From contig JBHGNT010000017.1 in assembly GCA_043228905.1 (NCBI GenBank), positions 14,570,001-14,634,000 on the forward strand: DNA of 64,000 nucleotides. The letters are read 5' to 3'. The translations under genes and the position numbers were made by a program. The notes below the pieces were generated by a model. That model had not been told where the DNA came from, ran no database searches, and saw only the letters and a list, made by a program, of their open reading frames with translations. Every line of letters begins with the position of its first letter. The stretch's first letter is position 1. This DNA is from Azolla caroliniana (lineage: Eukaryota; Plantae; Polypodiophyta). This document shows, piece by piece, positions 12,095 through 26,451 of the stretch.

Positions 12095-12791
12095 TGTCAG
12101 ACACCTTCGAGCCTCACACTCACTTAACGATTAATAGATGATTAAGCATGATATCTCTCTCACTCTCTCAAGCTCGCTCTCATAGACAATAGGGTAATAA
12201 ATATAGACAATAAGAGTAATGAATATGTTTATTAACCCTCTTTGCTAAGAGGTCTAGCACCAACAAGGAAGAGAGATTAGTGTTCTCTAACTAAACACTT
12301 CACTAATCTCTCTTAAGCTTAAAGTTTACAGGGAGGAGAGGAAGCTCTACCTCTTAATCAATAGGGAGATCTTTACAAATGAAAGAACCATTACAAAGCC
12401 AACACCATGTGGTTTATATAGCATTTACATTTAGGGTATGGACCTTGCACACTTGGATGTCCTTTAACCCTCTTTCTTCTTGTCATTCTCTCTTCGTAGG
12501 TCCTTTAGCCATACTATGTCCTTGTTGATGCGCTCTTCTTCACGACTGGTCGTGGTGCTATCCAAGGGCTTAATCAATAGGGAGATCTTTACAAATGAAA
12601 GAACCATTACAAAGCCAACACCATGTGGTTTATATAGCATTTACATTTAGGGTATGGACCTTGCACACTTGGATGTCCTTTAACCCTCTTTCTTCTTGTC
12701 ATTCTCTCTTCGTAGGTCCTTTAGCCATACTATGTCCTTGTTGATGCGCTCTTCTTCACGACTGGTCGTGGTGCTATCCAAGGGCTTAACA
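12095..12791 (-). mobile_element. Probable solo LTR with an internal 216-bp tandem duplication
   Basis: TGTCA...TAACA termini with flanks ATGGT/ATTGT (4/5). 12353-12568 is repeated at 12569-12784. Confidence 0.55.
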
Positions 12792-13677
12792 ATTGTCATA
12801 GGAATTCATATGGAATCTCTCAAAAACAATATGCTCACTTCACTTTTTTGTAATATAGTGGCATGTCCTAATTCTTCTTGATCAATAAATGAGAATACAT
12901 TCATGATCATAGTAAGAATTGGGTCTTGGTCAATATGGTACATTAACAAATATCCATCTCATATTTCTATGTTGTTTAGTGTCTTCTCTTAAATATACCT
13001 ATGTAATATCTTGCATGGATAATTCTGTAAAACATTTGCATTACATCTTATTTGAATGTGGATTGCTAGGTGTCTACTTTACTTTTTTCCCCATTTGACT
13101 TTCTCAAAAGATCAACTCAATTTTAGACAACTGATCTCGAGATTCACATAATTTGTTCTTCCCGGTCAATTCTCTCCTGTGCAGTGCCTCCTACCTTTTA
13201 TTAGTTTCTATATGTTTCTCGCCTCTAACTTGAAATAATTTTTTGAACTTCAAACACAGCACAAGGGCACCTTTGTTTCCCCTTGACTTTGTGAGACATA
13301 CATGTAAACAAAGATGATGTATAAGAACATTCAACCATGACACATACATAATAGTTGTCTTTATATATATAACTCACGAGTCACGAATAATTCAATGGAT
13401 CCTCTTTGTTTCATGAAACACTAGTCTCAAAAGTGCGAATTACCGGGAGCATATAACTTTGGAGGTCAGACAGTCTCAAAAAAGTGTGAAATAATTTGCA
13501 GGATATTCTGGTGGATATATATAGTAAAAGAAGACTGGCATCAAATCATGAATCTCTTAAGAAACCAAACTCTAGTCAGAAATACAGTAACAAAAAACAG
13601 AGTCAGAAACAAAGCAGGGGATTTAGATGGATATTTAAACCAGGAAAGAATACGTTTATCCCGTGTGCTTCTCTGCC

Positions 13678-14516
13678 ATGGATCATCATCAGAAGCTTTT
13701 GTCCGTTGCAATAGATGCTGCAAAGTTGGCTGGGAAGGTAGAGATATATAGATATATGTATGTATTTCTTCCATTGTTTCAACTAAGTTCTTGTATATTA
13801 ATAAGAAGCACTTCCTGGTTCTGCTTTTGTCTACAGATTATCGCAGAAAATTTTCATTCAGAAATCAAGACAATTGAACATAAAAGTCAGGTTGATAATA
13901 TACATTCACCCGCATGACCAACTCTCATTATGTAGCTTATCTTTATGCTCATCGTTTATGAATTTGATTTCGTAAAGACACTCTATTAATTTAGACAATG
14001 CATGTCTGCTTCTGATAAAGTATAATCCATGACATATATGTAATATCAACACACGCATTCATATATGTCCGTGCTTATATGTTTTTGTATATTGCATATA
14101 CATCATTGTGATAGGAGGATCACAGGTCTTTTATAGCAATTAATCGTTTTAATTGTCCTAATACACTTCCAGAATTCTAGACGTAATAATGATGCTAGCA
14201 TATATTCATGTTATACTTTGATGCCTAAATTCCTTTATTGATGAATATGCTGTAGGTTGACCTCGTGACAGAAACAGATAAAAGATATGAGGAGTTAATT
14301 TTCGAACATATCAAGAAACATTATCCTGATCATAAGGTGTGTGTGTGTGTGGTTAAACGAGACTTTCCTTGTTACAATCTCCCAATACTTTCTGTGTCAT
14401 CTATCAACAGTTGATTGGAGAAGAAACAACAGCTCTTTCTGGATCATTTGAAATCACTGATCTGTTCCAACATGGATAGTGGATCCCGTCGATGGGACAA
14501 CAAATTTTGTACACAG
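13678..14516 (+). pseudogene. VTC4: Myo-inositol monophosphatase / L-galactose-1-phosphate phosphatase (IMP/VTC4-like), exons 1-4, frameshifted in exon 4
   Basis: Exons 13678-13737 (MDHHQKLLSVAIDAAKLAGK), 13837-13890 (IIAENFHSEIKTIEHKSQ), 14256-14336 (VDLVTETDKRYEELIFEHIKKHYPDHK) and 14411-14516 (LIGEETTA..TD/PTWIVDPVDGTTNFVH), with GT-AG introns. Five nt lie between the TD and PTW codons, breaking the frame. Confidence 0.85.
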
Positions 14517-15074
14517 GTGTGTTTCAAAAGAAGTTTTTGATGATGGTATATTATTATTGTTTTTAAACATCAAAAACTTATCTGCCCTGTCGTTAGACAT
14601 TATATTTTAGTCTTGATGATGGTATACTTATCTGCTCTGCCATTAGACATTATATTTTAGTCTTGATTTGTACCTACACTAAGTGGCTGCCCGAATTAAC
14701 TGGTCTGTGATCAAGTGCTATCATATACAAACCATGGGTATAGTGTACAAATTAACTTCATACTTGAAGAGGTGGAATGCAAGTGGATCAGCCCATGAAT
14801 GTTCTCATAGGGTGATGCCAGTATGGCATCATGTTATCCATCACGAAATCGTCTGGGGGATTGGGCAGTGGCACCATGTATCCTTCAATTTAGCCAACAT
14901 CTCTTATGGGATGTTCATGTATCATAGGGCATGCGGAAGTAGCCAAAAGAAAAACTTTGGTCAAGCAATATCCCTTTATGAGTTTCTGGTTGTGTACATT
15001 CTGTGATATTTTCATACAGGCTATAGAAGAAACCTGACATCTGCTGTATAGAGAGAGAGAGAGAGAGAGAGATA

Positions 15075-18000
15075 TTAACGTCTTTTAAGAGGCCAAAATG
15101 GCCTATAAGACCAAACAAGAGATTACATCTTAAGTGTTGTCTCGTCTTTGTTATGTCCTGGTTTAGAGCCCATTTGTGTATCTTGTGATTGATTTGTAGC
15201 ATTATGCCAAATAACATTTTGGCAAACAAATATTGTAAGTGGTCTATTTTACAAACAAAATTCTTTTCGCGACAACGTTGCATCTATCTTGTCTTCTCGC
15301 CTTCTTTTCCTTGCATCATCTGCACGATCATCCCCAAATCACGGAGCCCCGGCGGTTGCTACACACATCCACAATCTTTACGACAATGTGGTTTTCCCCG
15401 TTTTAGGGTTTCCACACAAAACTGTGTATACTCTGTCTATCTTGCAGTTTTTGCGTTTTGTCTATACATTTCAACATATCTTCCTCATTGTTTTACGATC
15501 CCATCTCATCAACTGGTATCGGAGTGATAGGGAGATGGAAGGAGGTGTGAGTGGCCTCCCAGGAATGATGGTCCTGAACTCACACAACTACACAGACTGG
15601 AAGATCAAGATGGAAGATTTTCTCATCGTCAAAGATTTGTACGAGCCCATCGATAGAGAGCAAATACCCATGAGGGTATTAGAGTTTGAATGGAAACTCC
15701 TGAACAGGAAGGCAATGGCCACCATTAGACAGTGCGTAGATGTAAGTGTCCTTCAGCATGTGGCGAATGACACAAATGCCTATGAGATGTGGCAGAAGCT
15801 ATCAGGGCTATACGAGAGGAAGAATGCTCTTAATAAAACATCTTTGATGAGAAAGATTGTAAGGCTGAAATATAGAGATGGAGAAAGTATAGTGGAGCAC
15901 ATAAGCACATTCATGAGGTATGTGAACCAACTTGCGGCAGCCATGTTTCCCCTTGATGATGTTATGCAGGACATTCTACTATTGTGTACCTTGCCGGACA
16001 ACTGAGGGAACTTGGTGGTAACTCTCAGAACCTCGTGTCAAGTGGAAAACTTGTCTCTAAAAGTGGTAAAGACAAGCATCTTGAACGAGGAGACAAGAAG
16101 GAAAGACAAGGGTGTCCTGTCCCAATTGGAGTCAAATATGGCTCAACATCTCGACAGAGGAAGGAACAGACAGAGAAGTCCATAAAGGAGGGAGAAATCC
16201 CAAGCCAGGTCCAAGTCCAGAGGTAAGCTCACATGTTTCTATTGTGGAAAGCCTGGACACTTCCAAAATGACTGTCGACACCTTAAGAAGGACAAAGGTG
16301 TCTCAAAGGATGTCGAACCCAGAAAGATTTCTGAGGACAAGGGCATTTCAACTGTAGCTAAAAGTGAGGAGGAGATCTTGTTCATTTTTGAGCAGGCAAG
16401 TACAAATCTTTCAAGTGAAGAGTGCACTTGGGTAATTGACTCGGGTGCATCTTTCCATATAACTCCCTCGAGAGAGTGTTTATCGCCTTACACAACCGGG
16501 GATCATGGCTATGTGAAGATGGGAGATAATGGGGAATGCAGGATAGCTGGCATTGGAAGTGTATGTTTGACAACATCGACAGGTTATCAACTGATCCTGA
16601 GAGAAGTTCAACACGTCCCTGATATCAGGTTGAATCTAATATTGACTAGAATATTGGATGATGAAGGCTACGGTGGTAGCTTTTGAAATGGCAAGTGGAA
16701 GTTTTGTCGGGGAAACCTCATAGTGGCCCGAGCACAAAAAGAGGGCACATTTTATATGATGCATGCCCACTGTGCAAGAACGAAGCAAATGTGGCAACTG
16801 ACTCGAGTGGAGAGTTATGGCATAAGAGACTAGGCCACATGAGTGAAAAAGGAATGCACATCCTAGCCGACCAGAAACTTCTCCCAGAAGTGAAAGGGGT
16901 GCACTTGGAGAAGTGTGTCGACTGCCTGGTCAGAAAGCAAAACAAAACTGCATTCCACTCAAGACCACCAAGGAGAAGAGAAGTTGCATTGGAACTTGTG
17001 CACATTGACGTGTGCTATGTAGATGCTCTATCACATCGAGGTGGACAATACTTCGTGACGTTCATAGATGTCTATAGTTGAAAGTTGTGGGGTTTCATAC
17101 TAAAGTCGAAAGACCAAGTACTATCATTCTTCAAGGAGTTCCAGGCAAGGGCCGAAAGAGAGTTGGATCGGAAGCTGAAGGTTGTCCGAACCAACAATGG
17201 TGGGGTGTACATAGGGCAGTTCGAAGAATACTGCAAGGCCCAAGGTATTCAAATTGAATACACAATGCCAAAGATTCCTGAGTTGAACGGGCTTGCAGAG
17301 AGGATGCATTGAATGATTATGGAGAGAGTAAGGAGCATGTTGTCGCATGCTAAGTTGTTGAAATCGTACCGGGTTGAGGTGATGTATACAATTGTTTATC
17401 TGATCAACAGATCTCCCTTAGTGCCTTTGAAAGGTGATGTCCCAGAGGGTGTGCACAGGAAAGGATGTCTCCTACTTATACATGAAGGTGTTCGGATGTC
17501 TGGTGTATATGCATGTGGCGAAGGATTAGAGGTCGAAGCTCGAGAATAAGTCGAAACCATGCATATTTCTCGGAATTCGGCTATAGGTTGTGGGACTTAG
17601 TCGACAAGAAGGTAGTAAGGAGTCAGGACGTAGTCTTCTTAGAAGACAAGACGATTGAGGACTCGAAACAACAGAAGTGGGAATCGACTTCCCAGTTGAC
17701 TCCTACTACCACCGACTTAACACTAGTTGAACCGACACAATCAATTGTTCGAAGACAGCCAGTCGGCACAGCCAAATCCGAGTCGGTCGACTCGGAGCAA
17801 CCGACCAATACATATTTGTTGGAGTCGGTAGACCTACTGAAGTCGACCAAGGAATACGAGTCGAAGTCGGCTAACCCTGAGCAATCGATCGACATGCATG
17901 AGCCCGAGCCGAGAGAAGAGTCGACAGAGACATTCGAACTGGAGCCGACAACAGGAGGAAGGAGATACCCACTAAGGGAAAGAAGAGCACCGACACATAT

Positions 18001-18300
18001 GCCGGTCAATACATCCTCTTGACTGATGAAGGTGAGCTTGAGTGCTATGATGAGGCCATAACTGACAAACACAAAGAGAAATCGTTGAGTGCAATGCAAG
18101 ACAAGATGGACTCCTTGCATGAAAACTAAACCTATGACCCAGTAGAGTTACCAAAAGGTAAGAGAGCACTCAAGAATAAATGGGTCTACAAGGTGAAGAC
18201 TAGAGAAGTCGACAGTGCACCCAAATATAAAGCCCACATTGTGGTGAAGGGGTTTCAATAGAAAAAGGGTGTCGACTTTGACGAGATATTCACTCCACTT
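15075..18300 (+). mobile_element. Ty1/copia LTR retrotransposon (Tnt1/Tork-like), decayed, 3'-truncated in RT
   Basis: PBS TGGTATCGGAG (tRNA-iMet) at 15514. Gag from 15535, CFYCGKPGH knuckle, WVIDSGASFH protease, LWHKRLGHMS plus integrase core, RT start. Many stops and frameshifts. The 5' LTR start is approximate. Confidence 0.88.
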
Positions 18301-19289
18301 GTACAAATCTGTAATAAAAAGAAACACAAAATACAAATTATACAAAGAGATGTTGAACAAATCAGCTATTTTGCCAAATTGGCAATGACCGAATAACAAA
18401 AACTGAATCGGCTAGTTCGAATGCTAAATGCCGAATTCCAAAATATCGAAATGCCCAAGTTGATTGTCTGAAGTCATCTCTGTGTCGAACTCAATCAGAC
18501 CGATTTGTCCTTAACCCCATTAGGTGCCTTAGTGATCGAAATCGGTTAATTGAAAGACACTTGGGCATCTCGTCTATTATGTTGTTGGTTGTGGAGATCT
18601 TCTCCAGGCTGAGTTTACCTGTAGTTACGCAGTCATGAATGAAGTGATATTGAACGTCGATATGCTTTGAGGCGTTATGATGGACCGGATTCTTCGACAA
18701 GTTGACAACACCCTGACTGTCGTTGTAAACAATTGGAGCCGAATTGGGATCGCCTTGTCGAAACGTGCATGCCAGCCGACCGAGCCATAGAGCCTCTTTG
18801 GCCACGTCGGACACAACTATGTATTCAACCTCGGTCATCGATGTGGTCGTGCACTCCTGAAGTTTCGACTTCCATGATATTTCTCTAGTGCCGAATCAGA
18901 AGAAGTAACCAATTGTTGACTTTCGTCTGTCCAGACAGTCGGCAAAGTCCGAGTCAGTGTAGCCGACTACGTCTAAGGTCTTATTTGGGCCGAATAGGAT
19001 ACCAAGTGTCATGACATGACCCCAAAAGGAATTGAACCCGTGACCTTATGTCACATGGGTTGAGGCCATACCACTAGCATAACAATTGTGATACAAAAAA
19101 TATCATTTTCATTTTTAATTTAATTACAGAAAATTCATGTATATTCTAGATTACTCCTGATCATACTATAAATTGAGGCATATATCACACTATTCAAAAC
19201 TAATTCGGTTCAACGCTAGTCTTAAGCCTCTTAACTATCTTTGTACTCTTTTCATATAATATACTTCTATGTTATCATACTTCTCTCTT

Positions 19290-19336
<47 letters not shown>

Positions 19337-20405
19337 CTCATGGTTCTCCCACAATTTCTCTTCTTAAATGTGATGAAGTACCGGGAGCCTCCAAGTGATC
19401 GCTCATGCATAGGCCAATGTACATCTATGTACACGAGCTCTAGGGGCTATCGTACCATATCATAGTGGAGAGAGTGCGAACTTCAGGTCTATTTCCTGTA
19501 TCGACAATGCTCGTAGAAGTTTGTCTTTGCTTGAAGTTTCGGGATGTAGCCTACCGCCATCAACTGATCGAGTATGGCTTTAGACATATGGCCGAGTCGG
19601 CTATGCCATAGGTTTGGGTTGGTCTTTTCGGCTATGTTCACGGACCCTTTTGGATTGATCACCATTAATGGGTATAAGTTATTGTACTTGTGCCCACTCC
19701 TGAGTTTGAGATGTCCTCGGCTAATCACCCATACCGACTCACTTAGAGTCGTTCGATACCCATCTTCGGCTAGTATGCCGATGGAGATCAGACTACTTTT
19801 CAGATCGGGTATGTGTTGGACTTGGTACAAGATTATTGTGTTGCCGTTTGGCAGTTGAATTGGTACTTTGCCAACTCCTACTATTTTGCACTCTTGCCCG
19901 TTCCCTAGTCAGACTGTGTCGCTGGCGTGCCAAATAGTCTGAAAACCATTCGATGTTGGGGGTCACGTGGAATGTGGCACCGGAATCCAGTAATCACGTG
20001 TGTGCATCTTGTGCAGTGTAGAGAACTTCTCCGATTGTTGAATCCTCTAAGGAGAGAATTTCTCCAGATCGGGTGTCGGCAACGTTGATTTGATTGCCGA
20101 CCGGAGAGTGGTCCGAGTCGGGTCGTCCTTGATTTCGCTCAGATCATCGACCACTCTCTTTCCTCTTGATCGACCAGCCATTGGAAACATTGTGGCCAGC
20201 GGTGTGCAGAATTCGCCTGATCGACCTGTTCTCGACTTCGACCGTTGTCAGTCTCCCCTCATTATCGATCGACTATGGTGTCGACCGACTCTGTCGGTTT
20301 GTTCTTTTGATCGACTCAATTGGTCGACCGACTCAATCGAATGGTGGGCTTCTGCCGACTCCTCGATGGTGAGTCCCATCGATTTTCGCCGAATGTCCTC
20401 AGTGA
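18301..20405 (-). mobile_element. Ty1/copia remnant (gag/PR/IN start and RNase H) with a large internal deletion
   Basis: LLDSGATFHVTP protease (~19990), LWHSRLGHMS, GGSRYFITF (~19366), GYTDSDFA..KST RNase H (18491-19006). Confidence 0.82.
19007..19365 (+). mobile_element. Truncated LTR of the Tcn1-like family inserted in the copia remnant
   Basis: Starts TGTCATGA and shares GGTTCAACGCTAGTCTTAAGCCTC with the chromovirus LTRs. Contains (CA)n. Confidence 0.75.
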
Positions 20406-23106
20406 TGTCAGGAATAGTACTAAGACAAAGAAGAAATTAGTACTAAGAGAGGAATATTAGTACTAAGAGGAATAGAGGGTGTAGAACACGAGAGGGAGAG
20501 AGAGAGAGAGAGAGAGAGATCGAGGGAGAGAAAATGATGATGACAACGATATTATATTATGTGAGAAGAATATACAAGGAAGGCTAGGAGGCTTAAGACT
20601 GGCGTTGTACCGATTTGGTTCGAAACAATGCCTTGTGCCTCCTTTTATAGTGTTCTCAGGAATAATCCTGAAGCTTCTAGAATGTTCTAGAGAAATCTGA
20701 AATATACATTAATTTTCTATAGTAAAACTTAAATAAAAATAACATCTTATGTATTACAATAGATAGTGTAATGGGCAAGAGCTCGACCCATGTAACATAA
20801 GGTCATGGGTTTGAGTCTTGCCATATCATGACACTATCCCCCTTTTAAAACGACGAATGTCACGAGTAATTTTGGAGTGAGGATCCGGTTTATCTGGATA
20901 TTGACAATGGAAGTATTCAACAAGAGCACGAGCATTGGTCACATTCTCTATTGGTTCCCAAGTACGCTCATTGGGACTATATCCTAGCCACAACTAAATA
21001 GTAGAGCTTGTTGTGAACAATCTTGGAATCGAGGATGGCGGCAACCTCTTACTCAGGTCCATCTTCAGGTTCGATTGGGGGTGGAGGTTGTGGAATACGT
21101 CTTGGGATGGTGCTGTCTTGATAGGGTTTGAGGAGAGAACTATGAAACACCGGATGTAGATTGAGATGAAAAACGACATCATTAATCTTTCCGATAATGC
21201 GGAAAGAACCTAATCGCCGATAATCCAACTTCTCACATGGGCGAGTAGTCTTGATGTGTCGTTGTAGTAGCCATACCCCATCTCCAATGTTAAAACTGGA
21301 TGAAAGCCGATGACAATCCGCGTAAACCTTGTGTGTTTGTTGAGATTGTTGTAGATGAGTAGATAAATCTGCTTGTATCTTGTGTAACCGCTCCAAACAA
21401 TCCTCTGTGCAAGGATTTGTGGGTAACTCTAGGGTTTCAAATACACACCACCGGGGGTGACAACCCGTATAAGCATAAAATGGCGTAACTTTAGTTGATG
21501 AGTGGACAGAGTTATTATAGGCAAATTCGGCGAAGTGGAGAACATCCGCCCAATCATCCTAATGATAGCTTAGAAAGCACCGAAGATACTGCTCGAGCGT
21601 TTGATTTGTTCGTTTTGCTTGGCCGTCAGTTTGCGGGCGGTAGCCGGAGGAGAGGTTACAAGTGACCTTGAGCATTTTAAAAAGGTGCTTCCAAAATTTC
21701 GAGATGAATTGGGGTCCACGGTCGCTGATGATATTATCAGGAAGGCCATGATGCCGACATACTTCACACATGACAATTTCAGTGGTTTCTTCACTGGAGA
21801 TTTCCTTAGTACATGGTAGGAAATGAGCCATCTTCGTATATCGATCTACTACTGTTAAAATTGCATTGAATCCCTTAGAGATTGGAAGATTTGTGATGAA
21901 ATCTAGAGCAATGGATTGCCACGGCTTGCTTGGAATTGGTAATGGTTCTAATAAACCATATGGATGATGCCTTGGCATTTTTGCTCTGCAACATGTATCA
22001 CAAGTCCGAACAAAATCTTTGACAAATTGTCGCATACAAGGCCACCAGAATGATCGTTGTACTAAATCTAATGTCTTAGTACTACCAAAATGCCCAGCTG
22101 TATATGTGTCATGATAGTTTTGGAATACTCGAAGGCAGCAAGAGCCATTAGGAACATACAAGAGTTTCTTAAAGAATAGTAATCCATGATGAAATTTGAA
22201 TTGTCGATAGTCTGTACCTGGTTGTTGCGACTATGAACAAGATGCTCGAGAGGGATCAATTTGTGTTAGAATGGCTTGGGCGAAAGCATCTGTCTTCAAG
22301 TCCTCACGTATGGTATCGATAACATCGGAATCCAAGGGCATGCCGAAGACCTGTGTTGCTTGTAGTTGTGCCGGTCCCAAGATTACTTGCTTTTGGTTAT
22401 CGAAAGTTGGCTCACCGAGCTGCGGTGCTAGATATGAAGGCCGTTATAATGCATCTGCCTTCCCTTGGTGCTTCCCCAAATGATATGTAATTTTGAAGTC
22501 GAAACGCGTGAGGAATTGGACCCACCAAGCTTGACGTCGATTTAACACACGAGCACTTTAAAAGTAGGCAAGGATTTTGTGATCACCGAATACAGTGACT
22601 TGATGAGAGGATCCCTCTAGAAAATGCCTCCATTGCGTAAAAGAGTCCACTATTGCTAATAACTCCTTATCATGAATTTCATAGTTGATTTCGGTGGTGT
22701 CAAACTTGCGTGAGTGGAAAGCCATAGGATGTAGCTTTTCATCATTACCTTGTTGTGACAGAATGCTACCCAATGTGAAATCCGACGCGTCCGCTTCCAT
22801 GATGAATGGTTTTTCTGGATCAACATGAGCTAGAATAGGAGCCAATGTAAATGCCTTCTTAAGATTCTCAAAATCCATGTCCGCTTCTTCGGACCAAACG
22901 AACGATTGTCCCTTCTTAGTAAGTTGTGTGAGAGGCAGAACAAGCTTTGAGTAATCCTGTATAAACTTGCAGTAGAAATTGGCAAAGGCTAAAAAGCATT
23001 GCACATCTCGCAACGAACGCGGAGTTTGCCACTCTACCACCGTTTTGACCTTAGTTGAATCCATGGAGATGCCTTTGGAGGAGATGACATAGCCCAAAAA
23101 TTCCAC
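20406..23106 (-). mobile_element. Ty3/gypsy chromovirus (Tcn1-like) copy 1: 3' LTR, chromodomain, integrase, RNase H, RT end
   Basis: 3' LTR 20406-20833 with adjacent PPT. Chromodomain (LGYSPNERTWEPIENV), integrase (SDRGPQF..PQTDGQ), ADASDF..YEIHDKELLA RNase H. Fused to copia RT at ~23102-23106. Confidence 0.9.
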
Positions 23107-26100
23107 GTACAAGAGGAAGATGAGGAAATCTCCTCCGTCAAATTTCTTCACAAACACGCAATGATTGGCCTACGTTTTGTGGTACCCGTTGTTGGTCATG
23201 AAGGATTCGAATTTTTAGTACCATTGTCGAGGAGCTTGCTTCAACCCGTACAAGCTTTTCCTCAATCGGGTACTAGATTTTCTTTACCCTTTTCCATGAA
23301 TCCTTCTGGATGGTGCATGTATATCTCTTCCTCCAAGTCTCCATGGAGGAAGGCAGTCTTGACGTCCAATTGTTCGACTTTGAGATCCATGTTGGCCGCG
23401 ATGCTCAACACTGTTCGGATTGACGTCATCTTCACAACATGGGCAAATATTTCGTCAAAATCAACACCCTTCTTTTGCTGAAAGCCTTTCACGATGATTC
23501 GTGCTTTGCACTTGGGTGGATTCCCGCCATCTCCCGGTTTTAACTTGTATACCCATTTATTCCGAAGTGCCTTCTTTCCTCTCAATAGTTTGGTTAGTTC
23601 ATATGTGTGGTTCTCATGCAAGGAATCCATCTCCTCTTGCATGGCACTCAACCACTTTCGGTTGTGGGTATCTTCCTTAGCTTCTTCAAAGCTTTCCGGC
23701 TCCCTCTCATCGGTTAGCAGTACACGCTCTTCATCTGGAAATCTTCGGGGGGGCCTCCTTTCTCTTAGGGGGTAGCTTCAGCCTCCATTTGACATGGTCG
23801 GTTCTTCTTCAACTTCTTCAACTGAGTTGAATTCGGTTCCTTGTTCGGCGGTTTCCCATCGTTCTTCAATCGGTTCTCGATTTTGCCGAGTATTAGATCG
23901 GTCGACTGGCTCAGATTCGATTTTGATTTAATCGACTTCTACTTGATTCGGCCGCGCGTCAACTCGGTTCAATTTGGTAGTTGGAGACTTGTTCTCAATC
24001 TCCCAATCAACTATTGTCTTTTCCTCCATGAAGACAATGTCTCTGCGCCTAATCACTTTCTTCTCGGCTACCATAGCCGATAGCCAAATTCATCATTGCC
24101 GTAAGCGAGAAATATGCATGGCTGAGATTTTGGGTCCAATTTCCCCCCTTTGGTCCTTTGGCACATGCACATAGGCAAGACAACCGAACACTCTCAGATG
24201 TCGGTATGAGACCACTTTCCCTCTCCACACGCTTTGTGGAATATCACCATCCAAGGGTAGTGAGGGTGATCGATTTATCACATACGCTGCCGTGATCAGT
24301 GCCTCAGCCCAGAACGTCTTTGGTAACTTTGCATGTGCAACCATACTTTTGACCCTCTTCATTATGGCCCAGTTCATTCTCTCGGCCAATCCGTTAAGCT
24401 CTGGCGTCTTCGGCACGATATACTCGAGCTAGATTCCTTGCTTTCGGCAATATTCCTCGAACGGTCCATGATACTCTCCGCCATTGTCCGCTTGGACTGC
24501 CTTCAGTTTTCAACCGGTTTCTCTCTCGGCCCTCACTTGGAACTCTTTGAAGACGGATAACACTTGATCCTTCGTCTTCAGCACAGAAGCCCACAAATTC
24601 TGGCTACAATCATCAATGAAGGTCACGAAATACTCTGACCCACCATGCAACTTCGTATCCACATAGCATACGTTTGTATGCACAAGTTCCAACGACATTT
24701 TCTTCCTCATTGGGGGCCTCAATCGAAAAGCTGTTTTGTTTTGTTTTCTGGACAAGCGATCGGCACACTTATCTAGATGCACTTTCTTTACCTCCGGTAG
24801 GAGTTCCTTTTCAGCTCATGTGGCATGGCCTCTTATGGCACAACTCACCCGTTGTGTCGACTGCGACATTCACTTCCCCTCGGCATAATCAGGCATTCAT
24901 TATGTAGAGTGTGCTAGTTTTCCAGGCTCGAGTCACGATCAGGCTCCCCTTGCAGAACTTCATGACGCCGTTCCGGATGCTACCCGTGCAGCCTTCATCA
25001 TCCAGCCAACCAGTTGATACCAAGTTCAGTCGAACTTCTGAAACGTGCCAAACGTATCTCAACACAAGTCTGCACCCAGTTGAGGTCACCAAACACACAT
25101 CTCCAATGCCGACAATTCGGCATGCTCCTTCATTTCCCATCTTTACAGATCCGAGATCTCCTGCTTTGTAGGATGAGAAGCACTTTCGATCAAGGGTTAG
25201 GTGAAACAACGCACCCGAATCGACCACCCATGTCGATTCTTCGCCTGCGAGATTCACTTTGTTTTGCTCACTAATGAGCAACAACTCCTTGTCACTCACG
25301 GTGATTGCTGAGGTGTTCTTCGTGTCCCGGATTTTCTTCGGCTGTACACCATCAACTCCCCCTTTCTCCTTTCAAAAGTGTCGGTAGTTTTTTTGGAAGT
25401 GCCCCGGCTTCCCACAGTAGAAGCATGTGGGTCTCCCCCTCGACTTCGATCTGGTTCCCGACTTATCTCGGTTCCGGGGACTTCAATTTTAGCTTCTTCC
25501 CCGAATCGTGTCACCTTCCATGACTAAGGCCTTCTGGTCGGTATTGGACTCTTGGTCCTTCTTGTGAGCTTCATTCAGTAAGCTCGACTTCATCTGCTCT
25601 AGGGATAGATGCTTCCCTTCCGGCCCGGCGTTGCCCAATGTTAAACGAGCATTTCCTAAATGCCCGGAAGGGATCCGAGCAACAATAATGCTAATACCTC
25701 GTCGGCCAGAGGTACTTCTAGAGAGCTGGTTTGGTTCATCAATCCTTGGAAGGAATTGATGTGCTCCACCATACTAAAGCCATTCTAATACCAGAGTCTC
25801 ATGATTTTTCGAAATACTGAGACTCAGTTCACGATGTTCTTGTTTTTGAACATGATGCCGATCTTCTTCCATAGGATGTCTGATTCTATTTCTTCGCCGA
25901 AGTTGTTGTATAGACTCATGTCTATAAAACACCTTATATATGCGGCCACCTTCAGATGCAACACTTCTCAAGTCATTGTATCGATCTTGTATGGTCTCTT
26001 ATCTTTGAATTGCACCGACAGCCAGAGGTCTTTGCACACGCATGCCTCTCATCTTCGACTTCCACATTGAATAGTTGAAGCCAGTTAACTTGAACATGCC

Positions 26101-26408
26101 GCCGAACAAGTCTTCCATCGCTCTGATACCACTTTGTTAGGAATTGACCAACCACAACTGGTTGCACGTTCGTATTCGGGTGCAGAAAACAAGAGAACTA
26201 GTGCAGAGATAGAAAAACGAAAAAAAATGCAAGACACAAGATACAGAGACACAAGATTTACCGTGGAAACCCGGACTGGGAAAAACCACGTGGAGTCCAC
26301 AAACTCCAAATAGATCACTATGGTAGAGAAGAGGTACAATAAGGAACTTAGAAGCAATGACCTCGAGTTCTCCTTCGTCTGACAGACGGCCACAGAGTTA
26401 CACTCCCA

Positions 26409-26451
<43 letters not shown>

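Noticed and set aside
15289-15534. N-terminal extension of the 238-aa ORF
   Set aside because: Runs through the LTR and PBS; gag begins at ~15535.
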